A DNA stretch of 64,000 bases. Source: an uncultured SAR86 cluster bacterium (lineage in GTDB: Bacteria; Pseudomonadota; Gammaproteobacteria; Magnimaribacterales; D2472). Where the stretch lies: the NCBI GenBank assembly GCA_902593675.1, contig CACJJI010000005.1, positions 21,081 through 85,080 of the forward strand. The letters are read 5' to 3'. Positions within the stretch are counted from its first letter, which is position 1. Each line of letters begins with the position of its first letter. The notes under the pieces were generated by a model. It ran no database searches, had not been told where the DNA came from, and saw nothing but the letters and a program-made list of their open reading frames with translations. The position numbers were made by a program, and so were the translations under genes. Below are positions 1-9,992 of this stretch, one piece after another.

Positions 1-499
1 GCATTTGATGCTCAATACATGGTCGAGATCGATTATTAAATGTGCTATCACTGCAATTCCTGATTTGAAAAATTTTTTGCAAATCTTTAATTGTAGATTT
101 CACAGCTTTAGCACTTATAAATGGGCCAAAAAAACTTTTTGAAACAGCGTGTTTAGACCTTTTAAGACTTATGCTAGGAAATTTATGATCCATTGAAAAA
201 TGGATATAGGGATAGGTCTTATCATCTCTTAGAAGAATATTAAAACGAGGAAGATTTTCCTTGATTAGAGATTGTTCTAAAATCAGAGCCTCAGCTTCCG
301 AAGTGGTTGAAAATGTTTCGATTTTGTCTGTTAGTGTCTTAATTTGATGAGTCTTGCGATCTTTAAAAGATTTTCCAAAATATGAAGAAACTCTTTTTTT
401 AAGATTTTTTGCCTTGCCAATATAAATTATTTTATTTTTTGAAAAAAATTTATATATGCCTGGAGTAGAAGGTACTAATTTAAGTTGATCCTTCAGCAT
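1..499 (-). CDS. uvrC: Excinuclease ABC subunit C, N-terminal part (runs off the window start)
   Basis: Not in the ORF track. Manual translation from ATG at 499 gives MLKDQLKLVPSTPGIYKF..IIYIGKAKNLKKRVSSYF..EAEALILEQSLIK..PRFNILLRDDKTYPYI..CSD..NRSRPC, the GIY-YIG and Cys region of UvrC. Confidence 0.93.
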   Translation of the reverse strand, partial: MLKDQLKLVPSTPGIYKFFSKNKIIYIGKAKNLKKRVSSYFGKSFKDRKTHQIKTLTDKIETFSTTSEAEALILEQSLIKENLPRFNILLRDDKTYPYIHFSMDHKFPSISLKRSKHAVSKSFFGPFISAKAVKSTIKDLQKIFQIRNCSDSTFNNRSRPCIEHQM

Positions 500-1419
500 A
501 AAAGTTTTTCAGAAGCTAAGGATATGTTTTCTAATGAACTATATGCTGGTTTATAGCCAAAGGTAGTTGCAACATAATTTTGTGAATAATAATTATCTCT
601 AGATCCATATGCTTCAAGGCCAGATTTTGATTTCTTAATTTTATATTTAAGACCAAACTTTGATTTCATTAACTCTAAAATAGAAAACTTATCTGTAGGA
701 TCTTTGGTAAAACAATCAACAGCAGTATTCAAAAAATTTTGACTTGCTAATTTATTTATTAACTGGTGAAGGTCCTGTGGTCCAATGTAGTCGCGCATAA
801 TATTCTTTTCATCTGTTTGCATCGTTTGATTTGTGCTGATTGCCCTTAGAGCATCTGCTATTAAAAATCTGCTACTTGTGTCAATGTCACAACTAACATA
901 ATTAAAAACTCTTATGTCCATAATAGAAAACTTATCGAGAGATCTATGTCTTGCTTCAGCATTTATTTTTGCCATGGAGTACCAATCTGAATGGTTTAAA
1001 GAATTAATATTTATTAAAGATTGAGAATCTAATGTAGCAGGAAAACGAAAAATATCTCCGTACACCACTCCAGAACTTATAAATATATATTTAGTATTAG
1101 GATAATAAGTTAAATAATCGAGAACTTTTTTATCATAGTCATAAGTAATATCAAAAATTTTTGATCCTAGATCTATAGCTTTTGCAGGATCGCCAACACC
1201 AATAAAGTTTATTATCAAGTCAAATTCTATAGAATTATTAAAATGATCTAATGAATTTATAGAGGCGCTTTGTTGACTAAACTTTTTATCACTCATCCAT
1301 TTTTTAAATTTTTTGATGTCTCGCGTAAATAGACTCAAATGACAATTTCCTTCTAAAGAAAATTCTCTTAAAAGGCCTTTTGCTATCTGGCTTGAAGCAC
1401 CTAAAAAAGCTATTCTCAT
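493..1419 (-). CDS. NAD-dependent epimerase/dehydratase (extended SDR)
   Basis: N-terminal Rossmann strand RIAFLGASSQIA, FISSGVVYG, YxxxK (YSMAK), RDYIG. Confidence 0.8.
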   Translation of the reverse strand: MRIAFLGASSQIAKGLLREFSLEGNCHLSLFTRDIKKFKKWMSDKKFSQQSASINSLDHFNNSIEFDLIINFIGVGDPAKAIDLGSKIFDITYDYDKKVLDYLTYYPNTKYIFISSGVVYGDIFRFPATLDSQSLININSLNHSDWYSMAKINAEARHRSLDKFSIMDIRVFNYVSCDIDTSSRFLIADALRAISTNQTMQTDEKNIMRDYIGPQDLHQLINKLASQNFLNTAVDCFTKDPTDKFSILELMKSKFGLKYKIKKSKSGLEAYGSRDNYYSQNYVATTFGYKPAYSSLENISLASEKLLC

Positions 1420-2330
1420 ATATATTTTCTGTAATCAAAAAGGCCAGCTTTCTGTCTTAAATAATCCTGAGTTCCTGCAACGCTTTGAAAGGTATCTTTT
1501 ATTCCGATTCTAAAAATTTTTGGAAGAAATGATTTGCTAGAAGATGAATACCAGTCATATAAAACCTCCTGAATTGTTGATCCAAGACCGCCTATAAGTT
1601 GGTGCTCATCTACTACTATAATCTCTTCATAAGAAACTAATGTTTTAACAATTTTATCTTTATTTAATGGCTTTAAAATGGGAAGTGAATATAAATCATC
1701 TGATGATGAGGCTTGGACTAAATCCTTATAAATTTCGTTACAAATTGCTCCATTGGATATGAAAGCTTTTTTATTAGACTTTTTAGAGCCTTTGTAGGCT
1801 AAATGGAGGTCGCCCACTTTCAAAGAGCCGATAAATTTTATTGACTCCTCGCCTGATCGATTTAATCTCATATAGCTGGGTGAGGAATCAGAGCAAGTAA
1901 TACGAAGGATATCTTTTACTTCAGATGGGTCTGCAGGAGAGCATATCATCATATTTGGTATAGTTCTTAACATTCCAATCTCTTCTGTAGCATGATGCGA
2001 TGTGCTAAGAGAACCATAGGCATATCCGCCACCAACTGCAACGATGTTTACATTAGCATTATGGTATGCAATATCATATCTAATTTGCTCCATACATCTA
2101 AGAGTTGGAAAGTTACCTATGGAGTAGAAAAAAACTTTATAGCCCTCTCTAGCTAACCCAGAGCACAAACCAGCAATATTTTGCTCACTGATCCCTCCAT
2201 TCAAAAATCTATCAGGAAATGAATCACGAAATTCTTCAAGAACGTTAAAACCAAGATCCCCACACACCAAAAAAATTTTTGGATCAGTTTGAGCAATATC
2301 AATTAAATTACTTACAAATGTATCTCTCAT
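1416..2330 (-). CDS. Split transketolase, C-terminal (pyrimidine-binding) subunit
   Basis: MRDTF, GDLGF, FPDRFLNGGISEQ, STSHHATEE, DEHQLIGGLGS. Confidence 0.88.
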   Translation of the reverse strand: MRDTFVSNLIDIAQTDPKIFLVCGDLGFNVLEEFRDSFPDRFLNGGISEQNIAGLCSGLAREGYKVFFYSIGNFPTLRCMEQIRYDIAYHNANVNIVAVGGGYAYGSLSTSHHATEEIGMLRTIPNMMICSPADPSEVKDILRITCSDSSPSYMRLNRSGEESIKFIGSLKVGDLHLAYKGSKKSNKKAFISNGAICNEIYKDLVQASSSDDLYSLPILKPLNKDKIVKTLVSYEEIIVVDEHQLIGGLGSTIQEVLYDWYSSSSKSFLPKIFRIGIKDTFQSVAGTQDYLRQKAGLFDYRKYI

Positions 2331-3123
2331 AATGTTCGTTTATGTTTTTTAATCCATCAATTAATTGCTCAGCTGTTGGCGGATAGTAATGGGATTCTAA
2401 TTTATTAACAGCATATTTTAATGGATGAGCTTTTTGAGTATCAAGAATAATGACTCTTGGATTAGAAGAAGAGTTATTTAGAGCATTATAAATAGCCTCA
2501 TGATCATGCCCATTAATCTGCAAGCAATCTATATTAAAGGCTTCAAATTTCTGTTTTAAGGGTTCTAGTTGTAGTACTTCATCAACCCTACCAAAGCTTT
2601 GAAGTTTGTTGTAGTCAATAACTATTGTGCAAGGTAGTTTATGATGCGCTATAAATAAAATTGCCTCCCAGTTAGACCCCTCATTTAGCTCACCATCGCT
2701 GAGGATAATACATGAATTATGGTTGGGTTGAGATGTTTTTTTGGCAAAAGCTACCCCGCTAGCAACTGACAAAGCATGCCCAAGACTGCCTGTTGAAATC
2801 TCAACACCAGGAACAAGATGACTTACGTGAGAAGTAAAAATAGACCCATTGTCTGAATATGTCTCAAGTTCCTTTGAATCAAAAAAATTGAAATATGCTA
2901 ATGTCGAATAAATTGCTGTGCAAGCATGACCTTTGCTATAAAAAAGACTAGAATTTAGCTCTTCATGGAAGAACGAATAATAAACGCTTAGAAAATCTGC
3001 TATTGATAAAGCGCCACCCATATGTGCAGCTTTCTTTTTAGAGCACATTTTTATAATATTTGAACAAATTTCTAAGGCCGCTGAAGCTGAGTTTGAATGC
3101 AAAAATTTTTTCTTAGATTTCAT
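2308..3123 (-). CDS. Split transketolase, N-terminal (TPP-binding) subunit
   Basis: AHMGGALS, SKGH, STGSLGHAL, TPP motif SDGELNEGSNWEA..DYNKLQ. Confidence 0.88.
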   Translation of the reverse strand: MKSKKKFLHSNSASAALEICSNIIKMCSKKKAAHMGGALSIADFLSVYYSFFHEELNSSLFYSKGHACTAIYSTLAYFNFFDSKELETYSDNGSIFTSHVSHLVPGVEISTGSLGHALSVASGVAFAKKTSQPNHNSCIILSDGELNEGSNWEAILFIAHHKLPCTIVIDYNKLQSFGRVDEVLQLEPLKQKFEAFNIDCLQINGHDHEAIYNALNNSSSNPRVIILDTQKAHPLKYAVNKLESHYYPPTAEQLIDGLKNINEHYERYICK

Positions 3124-3166
3124 AAAGGGGCATTTAAATAAGCATTATAGTTTATTTCAATATTAT

Positions 3167-4555
3167 TTATTGTCCCTTTTTTAGAAACTTTTGTGCAATT
3201 TGCTTGCCTGCTGAAACGCCAAATTGGTCAAATGGATTAATTTGTAACATGCATGAGGTTATAAATACTCTATGCTCCCATGTTGCTAGCAAAAAACCTA
3301 GTCCAGCAAGCGACAGCTGATTTATATGAAAAAGATTAACCGGAGCATTGCTGTTAGTTTTTTCAAGCATATTATTTGACGTCTTGAAATGGGATGATAA
3401 TAAAGATGCTTGTCCTCTTGCTTGAGCAGAAGATAGTGGGCTGCTAGCTCTACTTGAGTAAATAATATCGGCGCAGAATTCTGTAGTGCCCTGATGTAAT
3501 AATTGAAAGTATGAGTGCTGAGCAGTGGAGCCAAAGCCTCCAAATACCGTCTGGCCTGTATGTTGAAAAATAGACCTAGGATTTGCTTGCTTGCCAAGTG
3601 ATTCCATCTCAAGTTGTTGAATGTAATTAGCAAGTGATCGTAATTTCCAATTATAAGAGAGGACAACTCTGTTCTTTTTATTTTTTAAATTGCTAAACCA
3701 CAAATCCGAATATGCTAATATTTTAATAAATTTTTGATATTCTCTATCTTTTTTTGAAGTGCCTAACAGCATTTTATCCGCAGAAAAGCCTCCATTCAAA
3801 AAGGTAGAAAAATTATTGTTCAATGCAGCGCTCAAGGAAATTGGTGACCAGATAGAATATCTGCCGCCAACTGTTTCTGGAAACGGAACAATACAATTTT
3901 CTGCAAAACCCAAAGTTAAAGCTTTTTTTAAATTTGCTGTTATCACTAATGAGTTTGTTGAATTTCTATCTTTTCCCAGCCATCTTAAACATGACAAGGT
4001 TTCATGTGTTGAAAGTGATTTAGATGAAAAAATATAAAAGTTCTTTTGTCCCCTTAAAGGTTTTAAAATTGAGTTGAATTCATCCCTATCAGGCCCAGAT
4101 ACAAAATAATAATTAAATTTTGAAGATTGACGCATTGTGTATTCTTGAAGCAATTTTGGCCCTTCATACGAACCGCCTATACCAAAAGTAATAATATTCT
4201 TAAAGCCGTCTTTTTTAATTCTTTGAATAAAAGGTTCCGTGATTTTTTTGAAATTAAAGTCTGGCGATTTTTGATTTATACGATATTGATGGTGTAAGGC
4301 TGGTCTATTTTCTGTTTTATTAACAATCTCCCCAAAAAAAAGACCATCTATAGAGCCTTGTAAATCTAATTTAAATGCAAGCTCATCAAATATTTTATAG
4401 TGCTCAGATGAGAAATCTTTTAAATAGGGCTGATAATTTAAAAATTCTGATTCAAATTTAAAAGATAATTTTCTTTTTGCAGTCTCATTCTTAGATAGCC
4501 TCTTTAGATCTGAGAAGATGCTTTGAATAGATCTACTATTTTTCAATTGAATCAC
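3167..4555 (-). CDS. pgi: Glucose-6-phosphate isomerase
   Basis: NKTENRPALH, GIGGS, SSKS, VGGRYSIWS, QQLEMESLGK, QHSYFQLLHQG, INPFDQFGV. Confidence 0.93.
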   Translation of the reverse strand: MIQLKNSRSIQSIFSDLKRLSKNETAKRKLSFKFESEFLNYQPYLKDFSSEHYKIFDELAFKLDLQGSIDGLFFGEIVNKTENRPALHHQYRINQKSPDFNFKKITEPFIQRIKKDGFKNIITFGIGGSYEGPKLLQEYTMRQSSKFNYYFVSGPDRDEFNSILKPLRGQKNFYIFSSKSLSTHETLSCLRWLGKDRNSTNSLVITANLKKALTLGFAENCIVPFPETVGGRYSIWSPISLSAALNNNFSTFLNGGFSADKMLLGTSKKDREYQKFIKILAYSDLWFSNLKNKKNRVVLSYNWKLRSLANYIQQLEMESLGKQANPRSIFQHTGQTVFGGFGSTAQHSYFQLLHQGTTEFCADIIYSSRASSPLSSAQARGQASLLSSHFKTSNNMLEKTNSNAPVNLFHINQLSLAGLGFLLATWEHRVFITSCMLQINPFDQFGVSAGKQIAQKFLKKGQ

Positions 4556-5219
4556 TAAATGTGTTTAATGCTGTTAAGATATTTTGAGCTTGGGTGATTG
4601 GTCTGCCTATCACCAAAAAAGTGGCGCCCAGCTCAATAGCCTCTTTTGCAATCATGGTTCTTGCTTGATCATCTTCTACTTTAATGTCTCTGATTCCTGG
4701 TGTAATTTTTATCGAATCAGAATTCAGTATTGTATTGGACATTTCTAGCTCATGAGGCGAGCAAACAACTCCATCTAAATTTGCTTTAACAGCTATTTCA
4801 AATAAATTTCTAATTTGATGATCAAGTTTATTACCGAATAAAGCTATTGTGTCTGACTCTTCTAAACTTGTGAGTATGGATACTCCGATAACTTTGGCAT
4901 TAATTGATGTGCCTGCAAGCTTAGCTCTCCTAAGCATCTCTTCACCACCTGACAAATGAACAGTCAGCATATCAATAGAGCAATCATGAAAACCTAAGAT
5001 TGCTTCATGTACAGTATTTGGTATGTCATGCAGTTTTAAATCTAAGAAAATCTTAAAACCACGCGAAGATACCTCCTTCAGAAATGATTTACCTAAAGAA
5101 TTAAAAACAACACTTCCAATTTTAATTTTACAAAGATCTGGATCGAGTTGATCTAAGATCACATTTGCCTCTTGAAGATCATATGTATCAATTGCTACGA
5201 TTATTCTTGGATCAGTCAT
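4536..5219 (-). CDS. pyrF: Orotidine-5'-phosphate decarboxylase
   Basis: IFLDLKLHDIPNTV, TPGIR, DDQAR, LVIGRPI. Confidence 0.96.
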   Translation of the reverse strand: MTDPRIIVAIDTYDLQEANVILDQLDPDLCKIKIGSVVFNSLGKSFLKEVSSRGFKIFLDLKLHDIPNTVHEAILGFHDCSIDMLTVHLSGGEEMLRRAKLAGTSINAKVIGVSILTSLEESDTIALFGNKLDHQIRNLFEIAVKANLDGVVCSPHELEMSNTILNSDSIKITPGIRDIKVEDDQARTMIAKEAIELGATFLVIGRPITQAQNILTALNTFSDSIEK

Positions 5220-5508
5220 TGATTTGAAGAAATTTTTTAGAAGCTTTGAAATGCATAATAGAAGTTTCGCCTAAATAAGATTCTTCTTTTGTTTTAGGAT
5301 TAATAAATCTTCTGGGCCGGATTGTTTTTTTTGAGAATGAGCCAAAGCCTCTTATCTCAACCCTATTATCTAGTGCAACAGTATTGATAATTTCTTGCAG
5401 AACCAAATCAATGCCTTCAATAATTATTTCATCATTCAAAGAAGGAAATTTTCTTGATAAATGAATTGCTAAATCAGATTTATTAAAATTATGTACCAGT
5501 TTTTTCAT
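5212..5508 (-). CDS. ihfB: Integration host factor beta subunit (divergent)
   Basis: NKSDL, RVEIRGFGSFS, NPKT, HFKASK; directly upstream of pyrF. Confidence 0.8.
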   Translation of the reverse strand: MKKLVHNFNKSDLAIHLSRKFPSLNDEIIIEGIDLVLQEIINTVALDNRVEIRGFGSFSKKTIRPRRFINPKTKEESYLGETSIMHFKASKKFLQIND

Positions 5509-5510
5509 TT

Positions 5511-5789
5511 TTAGTTTAAAAAATATTTAGCTTTTGAGGTTGGACTAAAACGCACCTTATTTTGAGCTGGGATCCTATAATTTTCCATGCTCTTTGGATT
5601 TCTACCCATCCTTTCTTTTGTTACATAGGTTTCAAAAGATCCAAATCCAGAAAGCTTAAGATTCTTTTGAGATCTTAGAGTCATTTTGATGGCTTGAAAA
5701 AATTCATCAACCAAAGAATCAGAGATATCAACAGAAAGCTTTAATTCTTTTTTTAATTTTGCACTTAGATGTTTTTTGGTCAAATTCAT
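5511..5789 (-). CDS. ihfA: Integration host factor alpha subunit
   Basis: LTKKHL, LKLSGFGSF, RMGRNPKS; directly downstream of pheT. Confidence 0.82.
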   Translation of the reverse strand: MNLTKKHLSAKLKKELKLSVDISDSLVDEFFQAIKMTLRSQKNLKLSGFGSFETYVTKERMGRNPKSMENYRIPAQNKVRFSPTSKAKYFLN

Positions 5790-7801
5790 GACCTTATTTT
5801 AGCATTCAATCTTTTTTCTAATAACTTCAATATCATTTGAATTGAACTATTAATTTCAGACTCTAATAGAGATTTGGTATTGCTTTGAAAAATAAATCTT
5901 AATGTCATGCTAACAAAACCTTGTGGGATATCTTTTCCCTCAAAAGTATTAATAAGGTTAAATGATTTGAGGTGTTTAATTGCTCCTTGAGCAATCAAGC
6001 TTTCAACCTCTTCATAAGCAATAGATTTGTCTAGAATAATATTAATGTCTCTAGTTGATAGAGGGAACTTACTTGTCTTTTTAATTTTTGGATTCTTAAA
6101 AAATAATGGTATTTTTTCTGGGTAAATTTCAAACCCAAAAGCTGGTTTTTTGATTAACTTATCTGAAATAGAAAGGTCTATTTCACCAATTAACCCAATT
6201 TTATGTTTGCCCATAAATATCGCTAATGCATTTTCATTGAATGGCGTTACAGAACTTGTTTTTTGAAATTCAGCATTATGCATACCTAGTGTTTGTAATA
6301 ACTTTAAAATTTCAGCCTTCATTGAAAAAAAGTCATATGCATATTGTTTCATACTCCAGGTTTGATTGGGTTCGTGGTGATAGATAACTCCTGATAAATG
6401 TAGCGATTGAGCAAAACCTTTTTTTTCTTTTTTAAATACATTGCCTACTTCAAAAACTTTAATAGAGGAGTATCCTTTTTTTACATTGGTATTTATTGCG
6501 CTAAAGAGGGATTTAAAAAGACTCCCTCTAAGGCATGGTTCATTTTCATTGATAGGATTTTGCAGTTCAACAGCAGTCCAATTCCTAGAATTGAATCGTT
6601 GAAAAGATTCTTTTGAAACAAATGGCATATGCATAAGTTCTTTAAAGCCAGCATGAACAAACCCAAGTCTAAGATTTTCTAATGCATTCTCCTTTTTGTT
6701 TTTGATGATTGGTCCCGCCTTGGGTTTCAATATAGGGATATTGTCATAGCCATAACACCTCAATAGTTCTTCATATAAATCTTCTTCAAGAGAAATATCA
6801 AATCTGTGACTGGGTATATTGAACACAAGACTTTTTGAGGTTTTGGCTGCAATTTCAAAGCCTAAGTTGCTTAATATAAGAATCGCTTGGCTTGTCTTTA
6901 TGTTTAGACCAGAAAAATTATTAAATCTATCTATATGAAGATGCACATTTTTCTTTTTAGTTTTTCTGGACTGTGAATGATAAAGTTCGACTGAATTGTA
7001 TGTAGCTATTTGATTTAATAGAAATGCATATCTTTCTAAAGCTAGTTGCTGAATTTCTGGATCTACACCTCTTTCAAAACGATGCGAAGCATCGGTTGCA
7101 AGACCGTATTTTCTAGCTTGATTAACAATACTTTCGGGTTTAAAAAAAGCTGCTTCTACAGCAATGTTAGAAGTACTAGATGAAACTGCGGATCTTTCAC
7201 TTCCAATGATGCCAGCAATAGCTTGAATGCCAGATTGATCTTGAATTGTTAGTGAGGAAGATTGGATATTTTTTACATCGCCTCCTATAACTTTAAGTAT
7301 ATTGTTACTAGATTTAGGGAATTGAACATTGATGGGTAAATCCAACTTATCCTGATCAAACACATGCATTGGAGCGCCAATCTCTAACATCACATAATTA
7401 CCCAGATCGACCAATGGGTGTATTAAAGGAACTCCAGCAGATTCAATAAAGCTTCGCTTTTTAGCGTCTAGATTTTTTATTTTTTGCAAACCTTCAACAA
7501 GCATTAAGTGATAGTTCCCGCAACCAGAACCATCAATTTGACTAATAATTTTACGATCTTTGGTTAAACTTAATTTAGAGGTTTTTAATTTCCTATTAGA
7601 TTTTTTAACTTGATAAGCATGAAATTCCCGTTCCAGGCCTTTGAGCGATAGTAAGTCTCCTCGATTTGGAGTTATATCAAATTCTATTACATCTCCCTCG
7701 GATTCACATTCAAAACCTACTTGAGTAAATACATCTACAAGTTTATTTTGACTAAGCTTAGTATTAAGAAAATTCTTTAGATATGCGTATTGAATTTTCA
7801 T
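5786..7801 (-). CDS. pheT: Phenylalanyl-tRNA synthetase beta subunit (short, lacks the B2 OB-fold)
   Basis: DITPNRGD, TDASHRFERGVD, RFDISLEEDLYEE, C-terminal FDX-ACB (SKFPLSTRDI). Confidence 0.95.
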   Translation of the reverse strand: MKIQYAYLKNFLNTKLSQNKLVDVFTQVGFECESEGDVIEFDITPNRGDLLSLKGLEREFHAYQVKKSNRKLKTSKLSLTKDRKIISQIDGSGCGNYHLMLVEGLQKIKNLDAKKRSFIESAGVPLIHPLVDLGNYVMLEIGAPMHVFDQDKLDLPINVQFPKSSNNILKVIGGDVKNIQSSSLTIQDQSGIQAIAGIIGSERSAVSSSTSNIAVEAAFFKPESIVNQARKYGLATDASHRFERGVDPEIQQLALERYAFLLNQIATYNSVELYHSQSRKTKKKNVHLHIDRFNNFSGLNIKTSQAILILSNLGFEIAAKTSKSLVFNIPSHRFDISLEEDLYEELLRCYGYDNIPILKPKAGPIIKNKKENALENLRLGFVHAGFKELMHMPFVSKESFQRFNSRNWTAVELQNPINENEPCLRGSLFKSLFSAINTNVKKGYSSIKVFEVGNVFKKEKKGFAQSLHLSGVIYHHEPNQTWSMKQYAYDFFSMKAEILKLLQTLGMHNAEFQKTSSVTPFNENALAIFMGKHKIGLIGEIDLSISDKLIKKPAFGFEIYPEKIPLFFKNPKIKKTSKFPLSTRDINIILDKSIAYEEVESLIAQGAIKHLKSFNLINTFEGKDIPQGFVSMTLRFIFQSNTKSLLESEINSSIQMILKLLEKRLNAKIRS

Positions 7802-8781
7802 GAAGGAAATTGATTTAAAAAGTCTAAATTTGAAGAGTAAAACTCTCTAATATCTGTTACGCCATAATAAAGCATAGCTAAGCGTTCAACCCCCATACCG
7901 AAGGCAAAACCACGAAATTTTTTAGTATCAATATTACATCCATTAAGAACATTAGGATGAACCATTCCACAACCTAAAATTTCCAGCCATCCTTTAGTTC
8001 CAAATTTTATATCAACCTCAGCTGAAGGTTCTGTAAATGGAAAATAGGATGGTCTAAACCTGACATCCATTTTTTCATTAAAGAAGTCTTCTAAGAAGTC
8101 GATTAAGATTCCTTTTAGGTCTCCAAATGTAACCCCTTCATCAACAACCAAACCTTCAATTTGGGTAAACATTGGAAGATGAGTGGTATCAGAATCACAC
8201 CTAAAGACTCTTCCGGGAGAAAGCATATACAGAGGCAAATCTTCTGACAGCATTGCATGAATTTGAGTATTTGAGGTATGTGTTCTTAATAAATAATCTG
8301 AGCTACTTTTAGAATTCAGATAAAAAGTATCATGCATTTGTCTTGCAGGATGATTTTCAGGAAAGTTTAAAGCCTCAAAATTATAAAAGTCTGTTTCAAT
8401 CTCATTACCAGAAAAAATTTGATAGTTTAGCGGAACAAAATATTTGATAATTTTTTGTGAAATTTTTGTTATTGGATGCTCAGAACCCACGTTATAAGGA
8501 TCAGCCGGGAGAGTTACATCTAATTTCACCAGCTCAATCTTACCCTCCATTTCTGCTAGGGCAGCTTCAAATAATTTAGTTAAGTCATTTTTAAGAATAT
8601 TCAATTGCTTTGCAGCAATTGCTTTTTCTTCTGGTTTGAGAGCTCTTAACTTAGAAAATGAAGAAGCTACAAAAGATTTTTTACCAAGAAATTGAGCTCT
8701 TAGTTGAAAAAATTCAGCCTCTGATTGAATGGATTTTAATTTGAGAGCGGCTGTTTCAATTAAATCCTGAGGGATTTGCAT
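7798..8781 (-). CDS. pheS: Phenylalanyl-tRNA synthetase alpha subunit
   Basis: HPARQMHDTFY, LRTHTS, FRPSYFPFTEPS, GFAFGMGVERL. Confidence 0.98.
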   Translation of the reverse strand: MQIPQDLIETAALKLKSIQSEAEFFQLRAQFLGKKSFVASSFSKLRALKPEEKAIAAKQLNILKNDLTKLFEAALAEMEGKIELVKLDVTLPADPYNVGSEHPITKISQKIIKYFVPLNYQIFSGNEIETDFYNFEALNFPENHPARQMHDTFYLNSKSSSDYLLRTHTSNTQIHAMLSEDLPLYMLSPGRVFRCDSDTTHLPMFTQIEGLVVDEGVTFGDLKGILIDFLEDFFNEKMDVRFRPSYFPFTEPSAEVDIKFGTKGWLEILGCGMVHPNVLNGCNIDTKKFRGFAFGMGVERLAMLYYGVTDIREFYSSNLDFLNQFPS

Positions 8782-8788
8782 GGGAACA

Positions 8789-9136
8789 TTATACCCTGAC
8801 TTTTTCTACGATTTTCTTAAATGTTTCAGGATCGGAAAAAGCAATGCCAGCTAGAGATTTTCTATCAAGCCTTACATTAGCTTTAGTGAGTTGATTGATA
8901 AATCTGCTATAGGAAATTTCTAAGGGTAGTAGAGCTGCTGAGATTCTAGAGATCCATAATGAACGAAATGTTCTCTTCTTGTTTCTTCTATCTCTAAAAG
9001 CATATTGAAGAGCCTTTATGTTAGATTGTTTTGCTGTTCTAAATAATCTGCTTCTAGCACCATAGTGACCTTTGGTCGCTTTTAGTACTTTCTTATGCTT
9101 TGCTTTTGCAGCTAATGCTTTAGTTACTCTTGGCAT
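8789..9136 (-). CDS. rplT: 50S ribosomal protein L20
   Basis: MPRVT, YAFRDRRNKKRTFRSLWI. Confidence 0.97.
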   Translation of the reverse strand: MPRVTKALAAKAKHKKVLKATKGHYGARSRLFRTAKQSNIKALQYAFRDRRNKKRTFRSLWISRISAALLPLEISYSRFINQLTKANVRLDRKSLAGIAFSDPETFKKIVEKVRV

Positions 9137-9141
9137 GATAT

Positions 9142-9339
9142 TTAAATATTGTATAAAAGTTTTTGCGCAATTTTTTTTGTCTCGTCAGTCATCTTAATCA
9201 TTCCGCGATTATGACGCTTTCTTTTAGTGGTTTGCTTGGTCAAGATATGAGCACGGGAAGCACTCCTTCTTTTCAAGCCACTGCCAGTAGCCTTAAAACG
9301 CTTTTTTGCGCTTGAATGTGTTTTTAATTTATAACCCAT
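9142..9339 (-). CDS. rpmI: 50S ribosomal protein L35
   Basis: [18 protein letters not shown]; lies between infC and rplT. Confidence 0.96.
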   Translation of the reverse strand: MGYKLKTHSSAKKRFKATGSGLKRRSASRAHILTKQTTKRKRHNRGMIKMTDETKKIAQKLLYNI

Positions 9340-9341
9340 AA

Positions 9342-9869
9342 TTATTTCTTTCTTATTTGTGAGAGAACCATTAATAACTGTCTTCCTTCAAGAGATGGCT
9401 CTTGATCAACTTGAGCTATGTCTTGGAGGTCTTCTCTCAAACGATTAAGAAGATCAAGACCTAAATTACTATTTAATATCTCCCTACCTCTAAATCGAAC
9501 GCTGATTTTAGTCTTATCTCCGTCATTAATAAAGCTTTTTATCTTTTTTAATTTAATATTGTAATCACCGACATCGGTTGTAGGACGAAATTTAATCTCT
9601 TTTAAAGATTGTTTTTTGGGTTTTTTAGTACCGCCAGTGCTTTTTTTCTTTTCAAATTGAAATTTACCAAAATCTAAAAGCTTGCAAACAACTGGTTGAG
9701 CATCAGACGGAGACACTTGGACCAAATCAAGACTTTTTTTATTAGCTTCTTCTAATGCATCATCGATACTCAATAATCCGATTTTTTCTCCATCAGAGCC
9801 AATTAACATAACCTCTTGTGCATAGATTTTGTTATTTATAGGAGTCGTTGATTTTTTTTTCAAAGCGAT
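9342..9869 (-). CDS. infC: Translation initiation factor IF-3 (start probably ATC at 9869; TTG at 9863 is the alternative)
   Basis: [29 protein letters not shown]; TAAGG SD-like motif 9 nt before the in-frame ATC. Confidence 0.95.
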   Translation of the reverse strand: MALKKKSTTPINNKIYAQEVMLIGSDGEKIGLLSIDDALEEANKKSLDLVQVSPSDAQPVVCKLLDFGKFQFEKKKSTGGTKKPKKQSLKEIKFRPTTDVGDYNIKLKKIKSFINDGDKTKISVRFRGREILNSNLGLDLLNRLREDLQDIAQVDQEPSLEGRQLLMVLSQIRKK

Positions 9870-9992
9870 AGCTAAAGACCTTATATAGAAAGCGAAGGAT
9901 TAATCAAAATATCTTTGATTTGAGGTATGGATTGCTAAGTGATTTAACATTGAGATGGATTTTATAGCATTATTCATAAAAAGAAAACATTG

